Shown here: positions 12,254 through 25,165 of the stretch, piece by piece
Layout: the number at the start of each line of letters is the position of its first letter
Position numbering within the stretch: the stretch's first letter is position 1
Assembly: GCA_964016885.1 (NCBI GenBank)
Contig: OZ024743.1
Location: 317,068,001 to 317,132,000, forward strand
Length of the DNA: 64,000 bases
Direction of reading: 5' to 3'
Origin: Eledone cirrhosa
Taxonomy: Eukaryota
Position numbers and translations under genes: made by a program
The notes under the pieces: generated by a model
The model's input: only the letters and a program-made list of their open reading frames with translations
What the model was told of the DNA's origin: nothing
Database searches by the model: none

Positions 12254-15200
12254 CTAAGGCGGGTAAAATTCCCGAGATCCATGGACGAGTTCTCTCCAGC
12301 GGTCTCTGTCCCTCATTATCGCTGCCATATCCTGCATCTCCAACAGACCAGTGTCTGTCCTTAGGGCATCAACATATGTTAACCTTGGTCTTCCTCTCCT
12401 AGTGTGTCCATGTAGGGGCTCCCAAAGGAGCACTGAGTGCAATGTCAACTCTGGATGTCGGTGAGCATGTCCAGCCAACCTCAGTCTCCTCTGTGTCACT
12501 TTTGAGCTGACTTTTGGGATGCTCCCATACAGCTCTGAGTTTTTCATCCTCAGTGTATACTGATTAATGTTCAGAGCCATCCTCAGCATTCTCGTGTAGC
12601 ACCCATCCACCATCTGAGTGAGTCTCTTGGTCAGTGTCCAAGTCTCAGACCCATACAGCAGCACAGACTCCACTACAGCAATGAAGAGGCGGATTTTCAG
12701 GTCTCTACGAAGGTCCGACTTCCACACCGATCTCAAGCTGTGACACGTCGCCCAGGCCTTGCTCTTCCTCTCAACCACATCATCTTCCGTATTCCCAATC
12801 TTTGCTCCCAAATACAGGAAGTCCTCAACCAATTCCAGCGGCTTCCCGCCTACATTAGTGATCCCCTCTGGCTTCTCAACATTCTCTACCAGATATTTTG
12901 TTTTAGTCTCATTCATTCTCAGCCCCACACTCATCGACACAGTCTCAACCTCCCGCATCAAATCCTCTGCCTCCTTCACTGTATTTGTCACCAAAACTAT
13001 GTCGTCGGCAAATTCAGCATCCGATACCTTTTTCGCCCCAACTCTCCTGCTCTGAGCCGGTGCTACAGTAAAGCCAGAGTCCTGGTGTTTCTCCAGTGCA
13101 AGGCGCATACAATAGTCCACTACGATGACAAAAAGGTAGGGAGCCAATGTATCTCCCTGGAGCACTCCAGCCAGTATCTCAAAGAACTCTGTCATCCCAT
13201 CAGGTGTAATGACTTGGGCTTTGGTGTTGGTGTAGAGCAGTGATATCAGGTCCACTATCCTCTTGGGGATTCCATAAGCCTGTAAGATCTTCATCAGGCA
13301 GTAACGGTCCACAGAATCAAAGGCCTTCCTAAAGTCAATGAAAATCATGACCGCAGGAAGGCACTTTGCTCTAGCTCCCTCTAATATCCTCCTCAGCATC
13401 AGGATGTGACTGCTGGTTGATCTACCCTTTTTAAATCCGTTCTGGTTGTCCCTGAGCTTCTTCTCCATCTCAGGCTGGATCCTGTTAAGAATCATCCTGT
13501 TGAGGGTCTTTGCCACAAGTGACGTCAGTGAGATCCCCCGGTAGTTGTTGGTGTTAGAGAGATCTCCCTTCTTTGGCACTGGGACGATGTTACTGATCCT
13601 CCACTGATTCGGGGCAACTCCTTTCTCCAGTGCCCCGTTACAGAACCCCAGGATGATATCATCAAAATCACACCTCTTCATCACCTCTGATGCCACTCCA
13701 TCTTCTCCATGAGCCTTGCCCTCCTTGATCTTCTTCTTGGCTCTCTGAAGCTCCTCTCTGGTGAAGGGCTTTGTCTCAACATCCAGTTCCTCAAACAGCC
13801 GCCTGATCTCCCCAGTGCTCTGGGCTGTGGAGGGTGGCTCTCCTAGTAGGGTCCTAAAATGGTCTAGCCATTTCCTCTTCCTATCCTCGGGCCCCGTTCC
13901 CTGGATCTGACTCGAACACCTTTTCTTCCTCCCTGTGATCTCGTTGATGATCATCCAGCTCTCCTTACATCCAGATCTGTCAACCGCTCTCTCCACACTT
14001 CTGATCTTCTCTATCAGTGCCTCCTCTCTGACCTCAGTGTAAGCGGTACAGAGCTCTTCCCTCATCACCTCCACAGTCTCCATCCTCTCCTCCGTAGGAT
14101 CAGCATAGAATTGGTCCCTGGCAGCTTTCAGGTGTTCTCTGGCTGCACACACTTTTGGGTTTGCAGAGCTGACGTGCTTCCCTTTGTTCTTTTTCCTCGG
14201 CACCAGGGTTTCACTTGCTTTCGCCACTGCATTGGTGAAGTGCCCGTACATCCTCGTCACACTCTCCTCAGTCCATCCAATCTCTCTCTCCTCTGACTCT
14301 CCACACAGAGCACTAAACCTGTTTCTCACTTCCACTGTGAACCTCTCCTGTAGCTTATCATCTTCCTTGAAAGCTCCCCAGTCATAGATTGTTCTCCGGG
14401 GCTGAGCCTTGCTCTTTCTTAAGCTCACGCGGACCTCACTCATAAAAAGCCGGTGGTCACTACCCAGTGTACTGAAATAGCTGTATGGTTCCGTGTTCAG
14501 AACACTATTCCGCCACTTTTTCCTCACCAGAATGAAATCAATCTGGGACTTGGACAGGTGCATATCTGAGATGTAGGTCCACATCTTCCCCAGATTCTTC
14601 CTAAACCTTAGGTTGGTCGCCATCAAGTTCGCCTCCAGCAGGGTGTCTCTCAGTAGTCTTCCATTTCGGTTGGTGTTGTTATGGAAGTACCAGCAAGGAT
14701 CTTCACTGCCCTCCTTACTCAGATGTGCATTGAAGTCCCCCAAAACAAGCAGGATATTGTGTGCCTGAGTGGTGTTGACAGCTCTACACACCTCCTCATG
14801 GAACTCCTCGGCATTCACATCACTGTCCCCCTCGGTTGGACTATAGGCTGAGATGACTGTCAGTCTTGGGTTTCCATTGAAGGTCACCCTCAACACTCGC
14901 GGGGAGATAGGCAATATTTCCCTCACCAACAGATTGGTTTTTGCACTGAACACAAAACCCACTCCTCCTACTGCAGCATTTGTTGTGTTCTTCACTGCCG
15001 ATGTAGTGATGAGCTGGCTCTTCCTCCCGATCATCACACTCCTCACGGGCTCATCGTGTAGAATCCTGTGTTCTTGGATCGCAAGTATCTGTATACCACT
15101 CTCCTCGAACAGATGTCCCAACTCCTCTCTCTTCTCCAGCGTTCGAATAGTCCTCACATTCAAAGTGCCCATTTTGATGGCTCTTCTGCAGGACAAAACT

Positions 15201-15349
15201 GCATTCTTTATATTTGTCTCAGAGACAGCTGATCCATCATCCACTGGCCCTCTCTGTGGCTCTAAGCCAGCAGAGTCATAACGACCAGGCTGCTCCTTGA
15301 CAGTGTAATTAGGGGCTCTAACCCTAGTGCTGTTAGATCGACTCTCCAT
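12254..15349 (-). CDS. Intact RTE-type LINE ORF: apurinic-like endonuclease plus reverse transcriptase (~1031 aa from the first ATG)
   Basis: APE motifs: GTLNVRT, LAIQEHR, SAYSPT, LGDFNAH, SQIDFIL, SDH. RT motifs: NYRGISL, QNGF, FIDFRKAFDSV, GVLQGDTLAPYLF, FADD, YLG. RTE-type C-terminus RRGRP..DRDRWR. No stops. The ORF-track start at 15361 is TTG; the first ATG is at 15349. Confidence 0.96.
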   Translation of the reverse strand: MESRSNSTRVRAPNYTVKEQPGRYDSAGLEPQRGPVDDGSAVSETNIKNAVLSCRRAIKMGTLNVRTIRTLEKREELGHLFEESGIQILAIQEHRILHDEPVRSVMIGRKSQLITTSAVKNTTNAAVGGVGFVFSAKTNLLVREILPISPRVLRVTFNGNPRLTVISAYSPTEGDSDVNAEEFHEEVCRAVNTTQAHNILLVLGDFNAHLSKEGSEDPCWYFHNNTNRNGRLLRDTLLEANLMATNLRFRKNLGKMWTYISDMHLSKSQIDFILVRKKWRNSVLNTEPYSYFSTLGSDHRLFMSEVRVSLRKSKAQPRRTIYDWGAFKEDDKLQERFTVEVRNRFSALCGESEEREIGWTEESVTRMYGHFTNAVAKASETLVPRKKNKGKHVSSANPKVCAAREHLKAARDQFYADPTEERMETVEVMREELCTAYTEVREEALIEKIRSVERAVDRSGCKESWMIINEITGRKKRCSSQIQGTGPEDRKRKWLDHFRTLLGEPPSTAQSTGEIRRLFEELDVETKPFTREELQRAKKKIKEGKAHGEDGVASEVMKRCDFDDIILGFCNGALEKGVAPNQWRISNIVPVPKKGDLSNTNNYRGISLTSLVAKTLNRMILNRIQPEMEKKLRDNQNGFKKGRSTSSHILMLRRILEGARAKCLPAVMIFIDFRKAFDSVDRYCLMKILQAYGIPKRIVDLISLLYTNTKAQVITPDGMTEFFEILAGVLQGDTLAPYLFVIVVDYCMRLALEKHQDSGFTVAPAQSRRVGAKKVSDAEFADDIVLVTNTVKEAEDLMREVETVSMSVGLRMNETKTKYLVENVEKPEGITNVGGKPLELVEDFLYLGAKIGNTEDDVVERKSKAWATCHSLRSVWKSDLRRDLKIRLFIAVVESVLLYGSETWTLTKRLTQMVDGCYTRMLRMALNINQYTLRMKNSELYGSIPKVSSKVTQRRLRLAGHAHRHPELTLHSVLLWEPLHGHTRRGRPRLTYVDALRTDTGLLEMQDMAAIMRDRDRWRELVHGSREFYPP

Positions 15350-15559
15350 ATTTCTTTTCAATGGCTGACAATATATAGTCTATACTATATACTTAGGAAG
15401 TATGTTCAATAAGTAATGAGAAAATTTCAGGGGTGGTATTAATATCATTCAATTAGAATGCTACTTTGTGGTGAAGTAGACATGCATATAATGTATAAAT
15501 CTCTATCTTTCATACATATATATTACTTTGATATAACTTTGATAGGTTTTGGCCTGTAT

Positions 15560-16535
15560 TGGCTCAGGCCATGTGTCACTTAATAGAACCACTTGGCAAA
15601 GTCTTTTAAATCATGATTTGGTATCATGGCCCACTCAAGTAGAGAGTTATTGTTTTCTGAGACATCCTGGTGTAAGAGGTTTATCTTGGAGGAATTTGTC
15701 CAAAGACTTTTTGAATTTGGATTTGTTTCTGCTTTTATGTGTTTTGGTATAATGTTAAAGAGAGCCAGACCAGTTGAGGTGAAATAATTGTGTCATAATG
15801 TTATGAGATGTGAGTTTGATTTTTATTGGGAGCAGATAGCAGGGTTATCATCGTTCAGTAGCATATTATGTTTTTTCCACCCATTGGATAACAGCAAGTA
15901 GATCTCATTGAAGGCATGTCCGATCTGTTACTCCATTGATAACCTTCTGGGGCTTGGAATCATCTTATCTTCCTGTGCTTGATGATGTTGATAATGTCAT
16001 TGATATAAATAATGAAAAAAGGGCTCAACACAGTGCCTTGTGGGACGCCACTACCGATTTTGGCTGGGCTTGATTGTATTCCTTCAACTACAACATGCTG
16101 GGCTCTGTTTGTCAGGAAACATTTGATCTATTGCAGTAACTTTCTAGAGACACCAATGTTGAATAGTTTTTTCAGTAGAATCTTGTGATCAACCCTGTTA
16201 AAAACCTTGCTGAAATCAAGGTGCATGACATCAGCGTTGGGGCCCTCTTCCAAAGCTCTTAAAATGTCATCAAAGTGATGCAGGAGCTGTGTTAGGCAGT
16301 CCCTTCCATTACGGAAACCATATTGGTTGAGTTCAACAGTTTGTTGCTTTCAAGAAAGTGAGTTATTTGTGATCTCATCACCCTCTCAAATACCTTAATG
16401 ATATGAGCGGTGAGTGAGATCATACGGTAATTCACTGCGAGGGACTTGTTTCCCTTTTTGAAAACTGGGTCAACAGACTGGGACAGAAAGTTTTCAGGTA
16501 TATAGCCAGCGTCCAATTAGTTCCTCCACAGATTA
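15560..16535 (-). pseudogene. Decayed CR1/Jockey-group RT fragment (different family)
   Basis: Motifs PVFKKGNKSLAVNYRMISLT, LDFSKVFNRVDH and SGVPQGTVLSP, with stops and frameshifts. Confidence 0.82.
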
Positions 16536-16728
16536 GCTATATATATATACTGTTATCCACCTGTTTATGGTAGAGCCAATAACATTGTTAGAACTCCATG
16601 CAGTCTTGAAGAGATGATTCCAACAAGATCATATGGGGAAGTGGTTGTTTTTGAAGTAAACTCACATCACATAATATTCCATTGTAGATTCTAAACGAAC
16701 TACAGAGACAAATATATATGTGTGTGTG

Positions 16729-17120
16729 TGTATTTTGAACAATGAAAATAAAACAAAAGGTGCAGATATGATCTTTATTATAGTTCATTGTTTTACTATC
16801 ATTTCAGAGGGTTGTTTGACCATTATAAATCGACATATTGACTAATTGATAGTGATTATGCTACAGCATATTGCTCATCTCGATATACTAGATCTCTCTC
16901 ACCATCTTCCTCAGAAACAATAAACATAATCTTTATTTTTAAGATATATGAGGAAGCTGAAACACATCAATTGTTTATTTTTCTCGGTCCATGTATCCAA
17001 TTGATGTGGTTCAGTCTCCTTATATATCATATTTATCAACCCTCTGAAAGGATCATAAAACAATGAACTAATAAGAACCTATACACACGTTTTGTTTTAT
17101 TTTCATTGTTCAATATATAC
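16729..17120 (-). mobile_element. Old foldback element with a decayed hammerhead
   Basis: Diverged inverted arms at 16729-16814 and 17037-17120, plus an inner hairpin at 16943-17028. Minus strand 16921-16855 reads ATTGTTT CTGAGGA ..GAT..ATC GAGA tg-AGCA-ATA-TGCT-G TA GCATAAT. Confidence 0.5.
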
Positions 17121-18260
17121 ATATTTATATATATATATATATATATGATGTGTGTTTTGCATTGATGTATTGTACATTCCTATAGTATATGTGTATATGT
17201 AGATGGAAATACTAATGGAAACTGCAGCAATTCATGGTTCCTTTGCAGGAGCAATTAGATATGAAAATAATTGATGGAAAACCCCATCATCTGTTTTATA
17301 TGAAAACACTCTGAATGGATTAGTGTATTTTGTACCCATTATATCTGAAGATATGAAACATCAAGTATGGGTTTTAACTCCTAATATTTGATGTAAAGTA
17401 GACACCTTTATTTTGATGAGGAATGTATTTTGAACTTATTCCAATGCAATTTGAGTTCTTGCTTGAATCTAGTACCAGGTGGTATGTAATTTTTTTGTAG
17501 CTGGTGTATCAGCAGCAGCAGTAGACAGACAGCCTTGCTAAAACCATATGGAGCCCTAAATTGAAGAATGATATTACTAGTTTCTATTGATTATTATTAT
17601 TATTTTTTTTTTTCTTAAACAATCTACAAGATCCCAGACCTCATTCTCTTACTGAGTGGGATAGAACTTGTCAGACCAGATTCAACGTTTCCATTGGTCT
17701 TTCCATTGCTGATACTATTTTTTAGTCGCAACTCTTGGCAGAAAGAGCAACATGAAATAAAGTGTCTTGCTCAAGGATATAATATATTTCTCTGTCTGGG
17801 AATCGAATTATCAAACCACTAAGCTATGCACATTCACAATTGTTCAGCAATCAATTTGACATTAAAGCATTGGATATGTCTTTCTCTGTGTTCCAAGTTC
17901 AAATCCCATCAAAGTCCACCTTGGCTTTCATACTTTCTGAGGTCAATAGAGGAAATACCAACACAGTGCTGGTGCAACCCTCTCTCCTTCCAACTATCAC
18001 ATCTTGGATGTTCCCCTGAATTAAGTCTAAGAGGTTCAAGATGGTGTCTGTGGCTGTTTGTGATTGCATGGGTACCTAAAACTCTTAGTGAAAGCATGAT
18101 ACGTACTACCAAGTCATACTTAATTGCAAGTGACAGATATAGTAGTAGTAGTAATCTCAATTAGTAACATCTTATATATACATATATAAGATGTTACCAA
18201 TTGAAACTATTATTACTACTACTAATATATATGTGTGCATGTATATATATATGCACGTAA

Positions 18261-18312
<52 letters not shown>

Positions 18313-18774
18313 TTGTATGCATATATATATATATAAATATATATGTATATGTATGTATGTTTATGTATATTCTTTGTATTAGTATGTTTTAGATTCTCTC
18401 GTTCCTTCTTATTTCCTTCATATAAACTTTTGTTAAGAGCACTCTCAGTGAAAAATACTTCATTTAGGTTAAGATGTACCATATGAAGTACATGTGTGTT
18501 TATTTTCTACACACACACATATGGATACAGCAGTACACACACACTCACACAGATACAACAGTACACAAACACACACACGGATACAACAGTATACACACAT
18601 TTGCATTAATGGTAACAAACTCTCAACGGAGTATAAATAAATTATTTAATTCGGTCAGCCAGAACTGAAAATGCCAACTGACCAAGATAGATGGATACAT
18701 ACTTACATATATATATGTATGTATATCCACATACACACACACATCCATATATTATATTAGAAACACAGAGATAA

Positions 18775-18861
<87 letters not shown>

Positions 18862-20472
18862 GACACTAATTAGGGATAGAATTAGACTAGATGAGATGCG
18901 GTTTGGAATTATGCCAAGAATGATGCCTGCCTTTTTGTGAGACAAATGCAACAGAAGTTTCTAGCCTAAATTAGGTCACTATACCTAGGATTTATTGCTT
19001 TGGAGATGGCCTTTGGCAGAGTACCATGTTCCTTAGTCTTGCGTTGCTTTAGAGAATGGCCAGTAAAACCTGTTGTGTTAACCATTCCACCTTGAAGGGC
19101 TCCTTCCTCAGGCATAATACTCTTGTCCTAATTTAGTGTTGGAAAATGACAGTCTAAGATCCATGGACACCAGAGGTCTCATATCTAAAAGAAGTCTAGA
19201 GCCTGTCTAAAGCCCAGAGGTTCATTTAACTAGTGCTTATTCTGGTTTTCTTGGCATTAAGTGATTGAAGGTACAACACTTCCCCCTGGACAAGATGCCA
19301 GCCCATCGCAAGGTTAAATACCCTGGAGCAACAGAAAAGGGAGTGTTTTACTCAAGAACACAATACATAACTCAGTCCATGAATCAAACCCACAACATTA
19401 TGAGCATAGATCCAACTCCCTTACCACTAAGCCACATGGCTTCACAGGGTCTCATATGGGTTCAGTTTTGTTAGAAACTTATATTCACTATTTGACAAAA
19501 ACAGAATTGCAGGAAATAAAATTATAAGCGATTTATTGATTTACTCATGCTGTGGGTCATGGCGAGAAAGGATGTAAGTGGGTGAGAGGAAGAGAGCCAA
19601 TGGTGGGTGTGGTGAAAAGAAATGGAATGAGATGGTTAGATCATGTGTTGAAGAAGGATGTGAGTGGGTGAGAAGAAAAGAGCCAGTGGTAGGTGTGGTG
19701 AAGAAAAATGGAATGAGATGGTTGGGTCATGTGTTGAGGAACGATATGAATGGGTGATGGGAATAGAGCCAGTAATGAAATGGAATGAGATGGTTGTGTC
19801 ATGAGAGGAAGGATGGAAATGAATGTGAAATGAAGAAGAGGAAAGGGAAAATCAAGAAAGGCATAGCTAAAGATGATGGGGGAGGGGGAAGAAATGAAAG
19901 TCAGGCGGTTAGCGAGAATAGATAAGACAATAAGGCGAAATGAAGAACCTTGTCATAGAGTTTTGCGGATTCCATGAAAAATGGCCTATAAATGATTGTT
20001 GTTTATGTTTTGATACTAACAGGAAGAAATGCAGCATGTGGGAGTATTTTTTCTTCCATTTAAACATATCTTCATTGCATTGGTAATCAAAAATCAAGCT
20101 TTAAAAGGTCTGATATATGCGGGGGAGAAAATACATGGTGTCATTTTATCATTTCAACCATACTTTACTTGATGGGGCCCATACCGGAATTTAAAGATAT
20201 GCATATTATCAATCTCACAAGATTGCATCTAAGTAATCAACCGGAAGGAATGACAGAACTTAACTGTTAATAGTTATTATACTCCAGTTGGATTCTAGCC
20301 ATGCAGGAAGTAATATGTTGGCAAATGTGCCATGTTTACTTAGGCTAAAGAAATGTTTCATAACCAAAAGATTTGTAATGAAGATGTGAATGTGTTGGTG
20401 TATCAACATATTATGGAAAGATGCCAAATTATTTCTCTAGAACTACATTTTATGAGTAGGACATAAAACATT

Positions 20473-20508
<36 letters not shown>

Positions 20509-22004
20509 CTGTTGTGTATATAAATGATGTATGTGTGTATATATATTCATATATATATATATCATCATCAGCATCAATATATATATGTGCGTGTATATAT
20601 ATATTTCTGTTGTATATGTAGATGATGTGTATATATAAATATATATATGTATGTACCCACATATATTGTTGTTGTTGGATATTTAGATGATGTATGTGTG
20701 TTTATGTATGTATATATATATATGTGTGTGTGTATATGCAACGTTGCCCAAAAGTCACAAGACCATTGGATGTGTATTTATTGTTTATAAAAGAATAAAT
20801 GTGAATATTTAATAAATAAGTTATATTTTGAAATGGCATATTGATTTTTGATCTTGTTTACAATTAGCTCAACAAATTCATTTGAAGCACACACATAGGG
20901 TTAATTGTAATAAAACGTTTTCATCCAGAAGCTTAAGCTATGAAAACAATATAATTATTGAATCGACAGATCAATATATGAAAACATTAAAGTACTCACA
21001 ATTTCATCAATTGAAACTGCCAATATCCTCATAGTTTGGCACACAAAAATCTGCTGGTATACAAAAATCCCTGTCTGAGTTAATACAGTACTGTTTCAAA
21101 TTCCGTAGATCTACTTCACCAATCCCCATGCGCCTCTCCCACCCTGTAAAGTGGTTGATTTGGTGCCACAACAAAAAGCATCCAGCCCACACTATAAAGT
21201 GGTCGTGTAGGTGTCACAATAAAAAGCAATTCACTCTATAAATGTGATTGGTGTTAGGAAGGGCATCCAGCCATAAAAACTAAGCCAAAATCAGTTTTGT
21301 ATAAGCAAGACATGGTCATCTGATCTGGCTTGTCTCACAACAGGGCAACTCATCTAACCCAGCTAGCGTGGAAAAATGGACATTAAACAGTGATGATGAT
21401 AATATGTATTTAAAAAAAAAATAGGGGGCATACAAGGCAAAGACAATGGAAAAAACAATGGAAAGATAGTCCCATCTCCTCACTTAACCTCTGAAAATCA
21501 CTACAGTTTTGATACATTAAGGTTGATAACATTCATTCCAGTGCACATTGGGACATAACAAAACAGGTAGAGACAAGTTAAACCTTTAGGTGAATTACAC
21601 AAATATAGATGTAAAAGTATCCGAAATGCATCAACTGACAAAGAATGGAGAGAATGGTGCATGGGGCTTAGCCAAAGGAGAGAAATGGTAAAACAGAAGA
21701 GTATAATATGGACTGTTATCCAACATACAGACAAAGAAGAATGACACTGAAGAATAGAAAAGGTAAGAAAGGAGAATAGGAAGACAGACCAGACGATTTG
21801 ATGTCTATTATGTCTTTAAGAAAAGCCTGCATGACTTTAGAATATAAATTCAAAATACAGGACAAAGACAATGGAAAGGCAGGCAGTATATATATATATA
21901 AACATAGTTTGACTTATGCCAAAGTCTCCATTGAGTAGAATACAAGCTATCTTTTCATTCAGATGCCCAGTATATTAAGGATAAATAACTTTTTCTTTTC
22001 TGTT

Positions 22005-22057
<53 letters not shown>

Positions 22058-22061
<4 letters not shown>

Positions 22062-22832
22062 TGATATAAATATTCGAGTAGGTACTAAGTACCCACGGAA
22101 ATATTCATGGTGTCTATAACAGTTGTTGTTCAATGGTACTAATTTGAGATACCAGAACTATAAAAATGAGCGGAAGTAAACATTAAACAATCTTTTTAAT
22201 AAATTAAAATACGATTTAAATATTCACCCGTTCTAATGCTCCATTGGAAATTCTATGAATTTCCAATCTTTTGATAAGTGAAACCGTCGGCCACAGCATT
22301 AGAACGGGTGAATATTTAAATCGTATTTTAATTTATTTAAAAGATTGTTTAATGTTTACTTGTTCCGCTCATTTTTATAGTTTTGGTCTCTCAAATTAGT
22401 ACCATAGAACAACAACTGTTATAGACACCATGAATATTTCTGTGGGTACTTAGTACCTACTGGAATATTTATATCACTTTATATGTATTCTCCTTCTATG
22501 TAGAGAAAAAAATGTTGTATCGTGCTGCTATTTTTATAGTGGCATGAAATATCAACGAGTCTATAATCCTGCTTTTTCTTACGGCCTATTTATGTGTGGG
22601 TCACTTTAACGGCCTGACCTCATGAATCGGGCAGAAAGCGATATATTTACAAACTACGAGGCTGTGTGCCCTGTGGTATGGAAATACCTGTCTGAAGAGC
22701 TGATTCTTTCCATTGGAAATTCTATGAATTTCCAATCTTTTGATAAGCGAAACTGTATTTTTGATAAGCGAAACTGTATTTTAATTTATTTAAAAGATTG
22801 TTTAATGTTTACTTGTTCCGTTCATTTTTATA
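22058..22832 (+). mobile_element. Non-coding partial-tandem element (469-bp unit) with a 5' inversion and a hammerhead split between units
   Basis: 22058-22240 is inverted relative to ~22295-22460. The unit starting at 22241 repeats from 22710. At 22692-22752 it reads CTGAAGA GCT..ATTGGAAATTC-TAT-GAATTTCCAAT..AGC GAAAC; the first unit has GAAACCGTC. It sits right after a (TA)n array. Confidence 0.8.
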
Positions 22833-23149
22833 TATATATATATCACAACCATCATCATCATTTAATGTCTGTTTTTCCCTGCTAGCAATGATTGAGTGGG
22901 TTATCACAGACTAAACCAGTACTTAATTGGTGCCACAAACCTATCAAATGAGCCAGGGGCCACATCTTGCTTATATATGTTCCTGTACTTTATTGAATGT
23001 ACTAAGCATTTTATCATGGCACCAACACTAGAGAGGTCATCATGTCTTTGACACAACTGAAGAGTCCTCGTAATTCTTTTTTGATATGGTTTGTACAGCT
23101 GGGTGCTCTTCCTATCACCAATCACTTTCCCAATGGTATCAGTTCCCTG

Positions 23150-23335
23150 TCCCATTCCCCGCCTAACGCCACCTTGGTTTTCACCAAGCTTACTTTCCAG
23201 CACCTTCATTCCAGATTCTTCTTCCATGTCTGGAAATTTACCTCCAACTCCTTCATAAATCCAGCTATAAGGACCAGATCATCAGCACACAGGGGCTCCC
23301 ACTGAGTGCCAGTCCCAAACTCCTGTTATAGCTTG
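23150..23335 (-). pseudogene. Decayed RTE RT fragment
   Basis: Minus strand reads WEPLCADDLVLIAGFMKELEVNFQTWKKNLE, homologous to WELLYADDLTLIAESMAELEKKFQTWKHGLE in the 44220 ORF. Confidence 0.7.
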
Positions 23336-23696
23336 GAGAGCAGTGATAAACAGAAGTGGATGAGTACTGAAGACCTTAACTTAATCACTGTAACAACTCT
23401 CACTCTGCTGTGTGTATGTCAGTGTCTATATATAACTGAGGGTCCTCCCAACCCTTTGTTTGGCAAGATTTCTATGGCTGTATGCCCTTCCTATCACCAA
23501 CCACTTTACAGTGTATACTGGGTGCATTTTTCATGTAAATCACCAACACGAAGGAATATATATAACAGGGTTACATAATAAACAAAAGATGTACATTTAA
23601 AACCATCTCTCTTCTTTATAATATACATATCATCACATATATATACACATACACATATGTATATAGCAAATCAAAAACATTTCATTATTATTATTG

Positions 23697-24070
23697 GCGG
23701 TGGATTGGCATTATCGGTAGAGGGTCGGATGCTATGCTTTGACGCATAGAGTTACGGCCCTTGCCATTCTGAGTTCGAATCCCGCCGAGGTTAACTTTGC
23801 CTTTCATCTTTACGGGGTCGATAAAATAAAGTACCAGTAATACACTGGGTAATTGCTGGCCTTGTGCCAAAGGGTAGAAACAATTATTATTATTGGCAGT
23901 ATTGTTAGAGCATTAGACAACATGCTTTGCAGCATAGTTACAGCCCTTTATGCTCTGTGATCAAATCCCACCGGGAGTTAACTTCGCCTTTCATCCTTTT
24001 GGGGTTGATAAAATAAAATACTAGTCATGCACTGGGGTTGATTTAATCGACTTTCCCCTCCCCTAAAATT
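23697..24070 (+). mobile_element. Two tandem tRNA-derived SINEs with a Meta-like central domain (other copies ~245-420, 1192-1307, 26137-26330, 28915-29056, 38180-38372, 39264-39450, 49029-49195, 50970-51160, 53160-53345, 54093-54245)
   Basis: B box GAGTTCGAATCC, conserved centre TTTGCCTTTCATCCTT-CGGGGTCGATAAAATAAAGTACCAG, (ATT)n tail. Confidence 0.85.
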
Positions 24071-24230
24071 ATTATTATTATTATTATTATTATTATTGAT
24101 GATGAGAGTATCATAGTATCATAAATGATTGGTTGCTAAGGTAACAGTATTTGTGTGAAGTAATACTGAGGGTTTGAATCTCAAACCAGCAATCCATCAT
24201 CTCCTGGCAAATTGTTCCTTTATCACATTA

Positions 24231-25165
24231 CTAGCAGTAAAGCCCGGCGTTGCTCGGGGTCGCTCAGTAGCTGTGTTAAAGTTACAATGTTAAGTTTCTT
24301 TCTTGGCTTAAAAACTGTAGTGTCTACTGTGCAGACTTGCATGTGGTGTTTTTGATTAATATTCCCTCAACCAACAATATGCCTTATGAAGTTAAGAAAA
24401 CATAACGATAACCCGAATGTTATAACAAAAGAGGATGCTGGGGATAGAAACTGCACTGGTTATTTATTAACAAAGATCGAAAATGTAAACACTGCAACGC
24501 AGAGAAAAACATTAGCGTAACCAAATTATCAGTTATGTCTGTCTGCACGCCTATATCACCTCTCTGCACGACTGTCTGTCTGCACGCCTATATCACCTCT
24601 CTGCACGACTGTCTGTCTGCACGCCTATATCACCTCTCTGCACGACTGTCTGTCTGCACGCCTATATCACCTCTCTGCACGCCTATATCACCTCTCTGCA
24701 CGACTGTCTGTCTGCACGACTGTCTGTCTGCACGCCTAACGACGAAATATTTGCTTGTTTTACGTAGTCTTTAAATAGACTTGTTTTCAAGTAAAAATAT
24801 TGTTTTAAAATGCTTTTAAATGGAAATGAAGCAAAACGGAAGCTCAGTGTTCGAACTGATGAATTTTGCAGGTCAATATTTTGCTGGCTCGACAACTGTT
24901 AAAGCCAGCGTAATTTTTTACGTAAGACGCTCAATGTAAACAGAACAAAGGGAAATAACTGATAACTTACGCTCAAAAATCGATACATTATATTCGATTT
25001 CGTCACATAGGGTGGGTGAATTTGAAATTTTTTTTTTCCGATGTCTTCGCTAGGGCTCAATGTACAAGTATAGCAATTTCGGTGCAATTCCGTGAGAGAT
25101 TCTAAGAGGAGATGTGTGCCAAAAATCGATAGACAGACAGACAACCACAGTTTTATATATATAGA
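24231..25165 (-). mobile_element. Non-autonomous Helitron with an internal 37-bp tandem repeat (24536-24737)
   Basis: Minus strand starts TCTATATATATAAAA and ends with a CCCGAGCAACGCCGGG hairpin then CTAG. Inserted A|T with no TSD. Confidence 0.88.

Noticed and set aside
21570-21640. GAAATGCATC with a palindromic stem III-like segment, between short direct repeats at ~21430 and ~21855
   Set aside because: No CTGANGA core is recoverable; it is too decayed to call.
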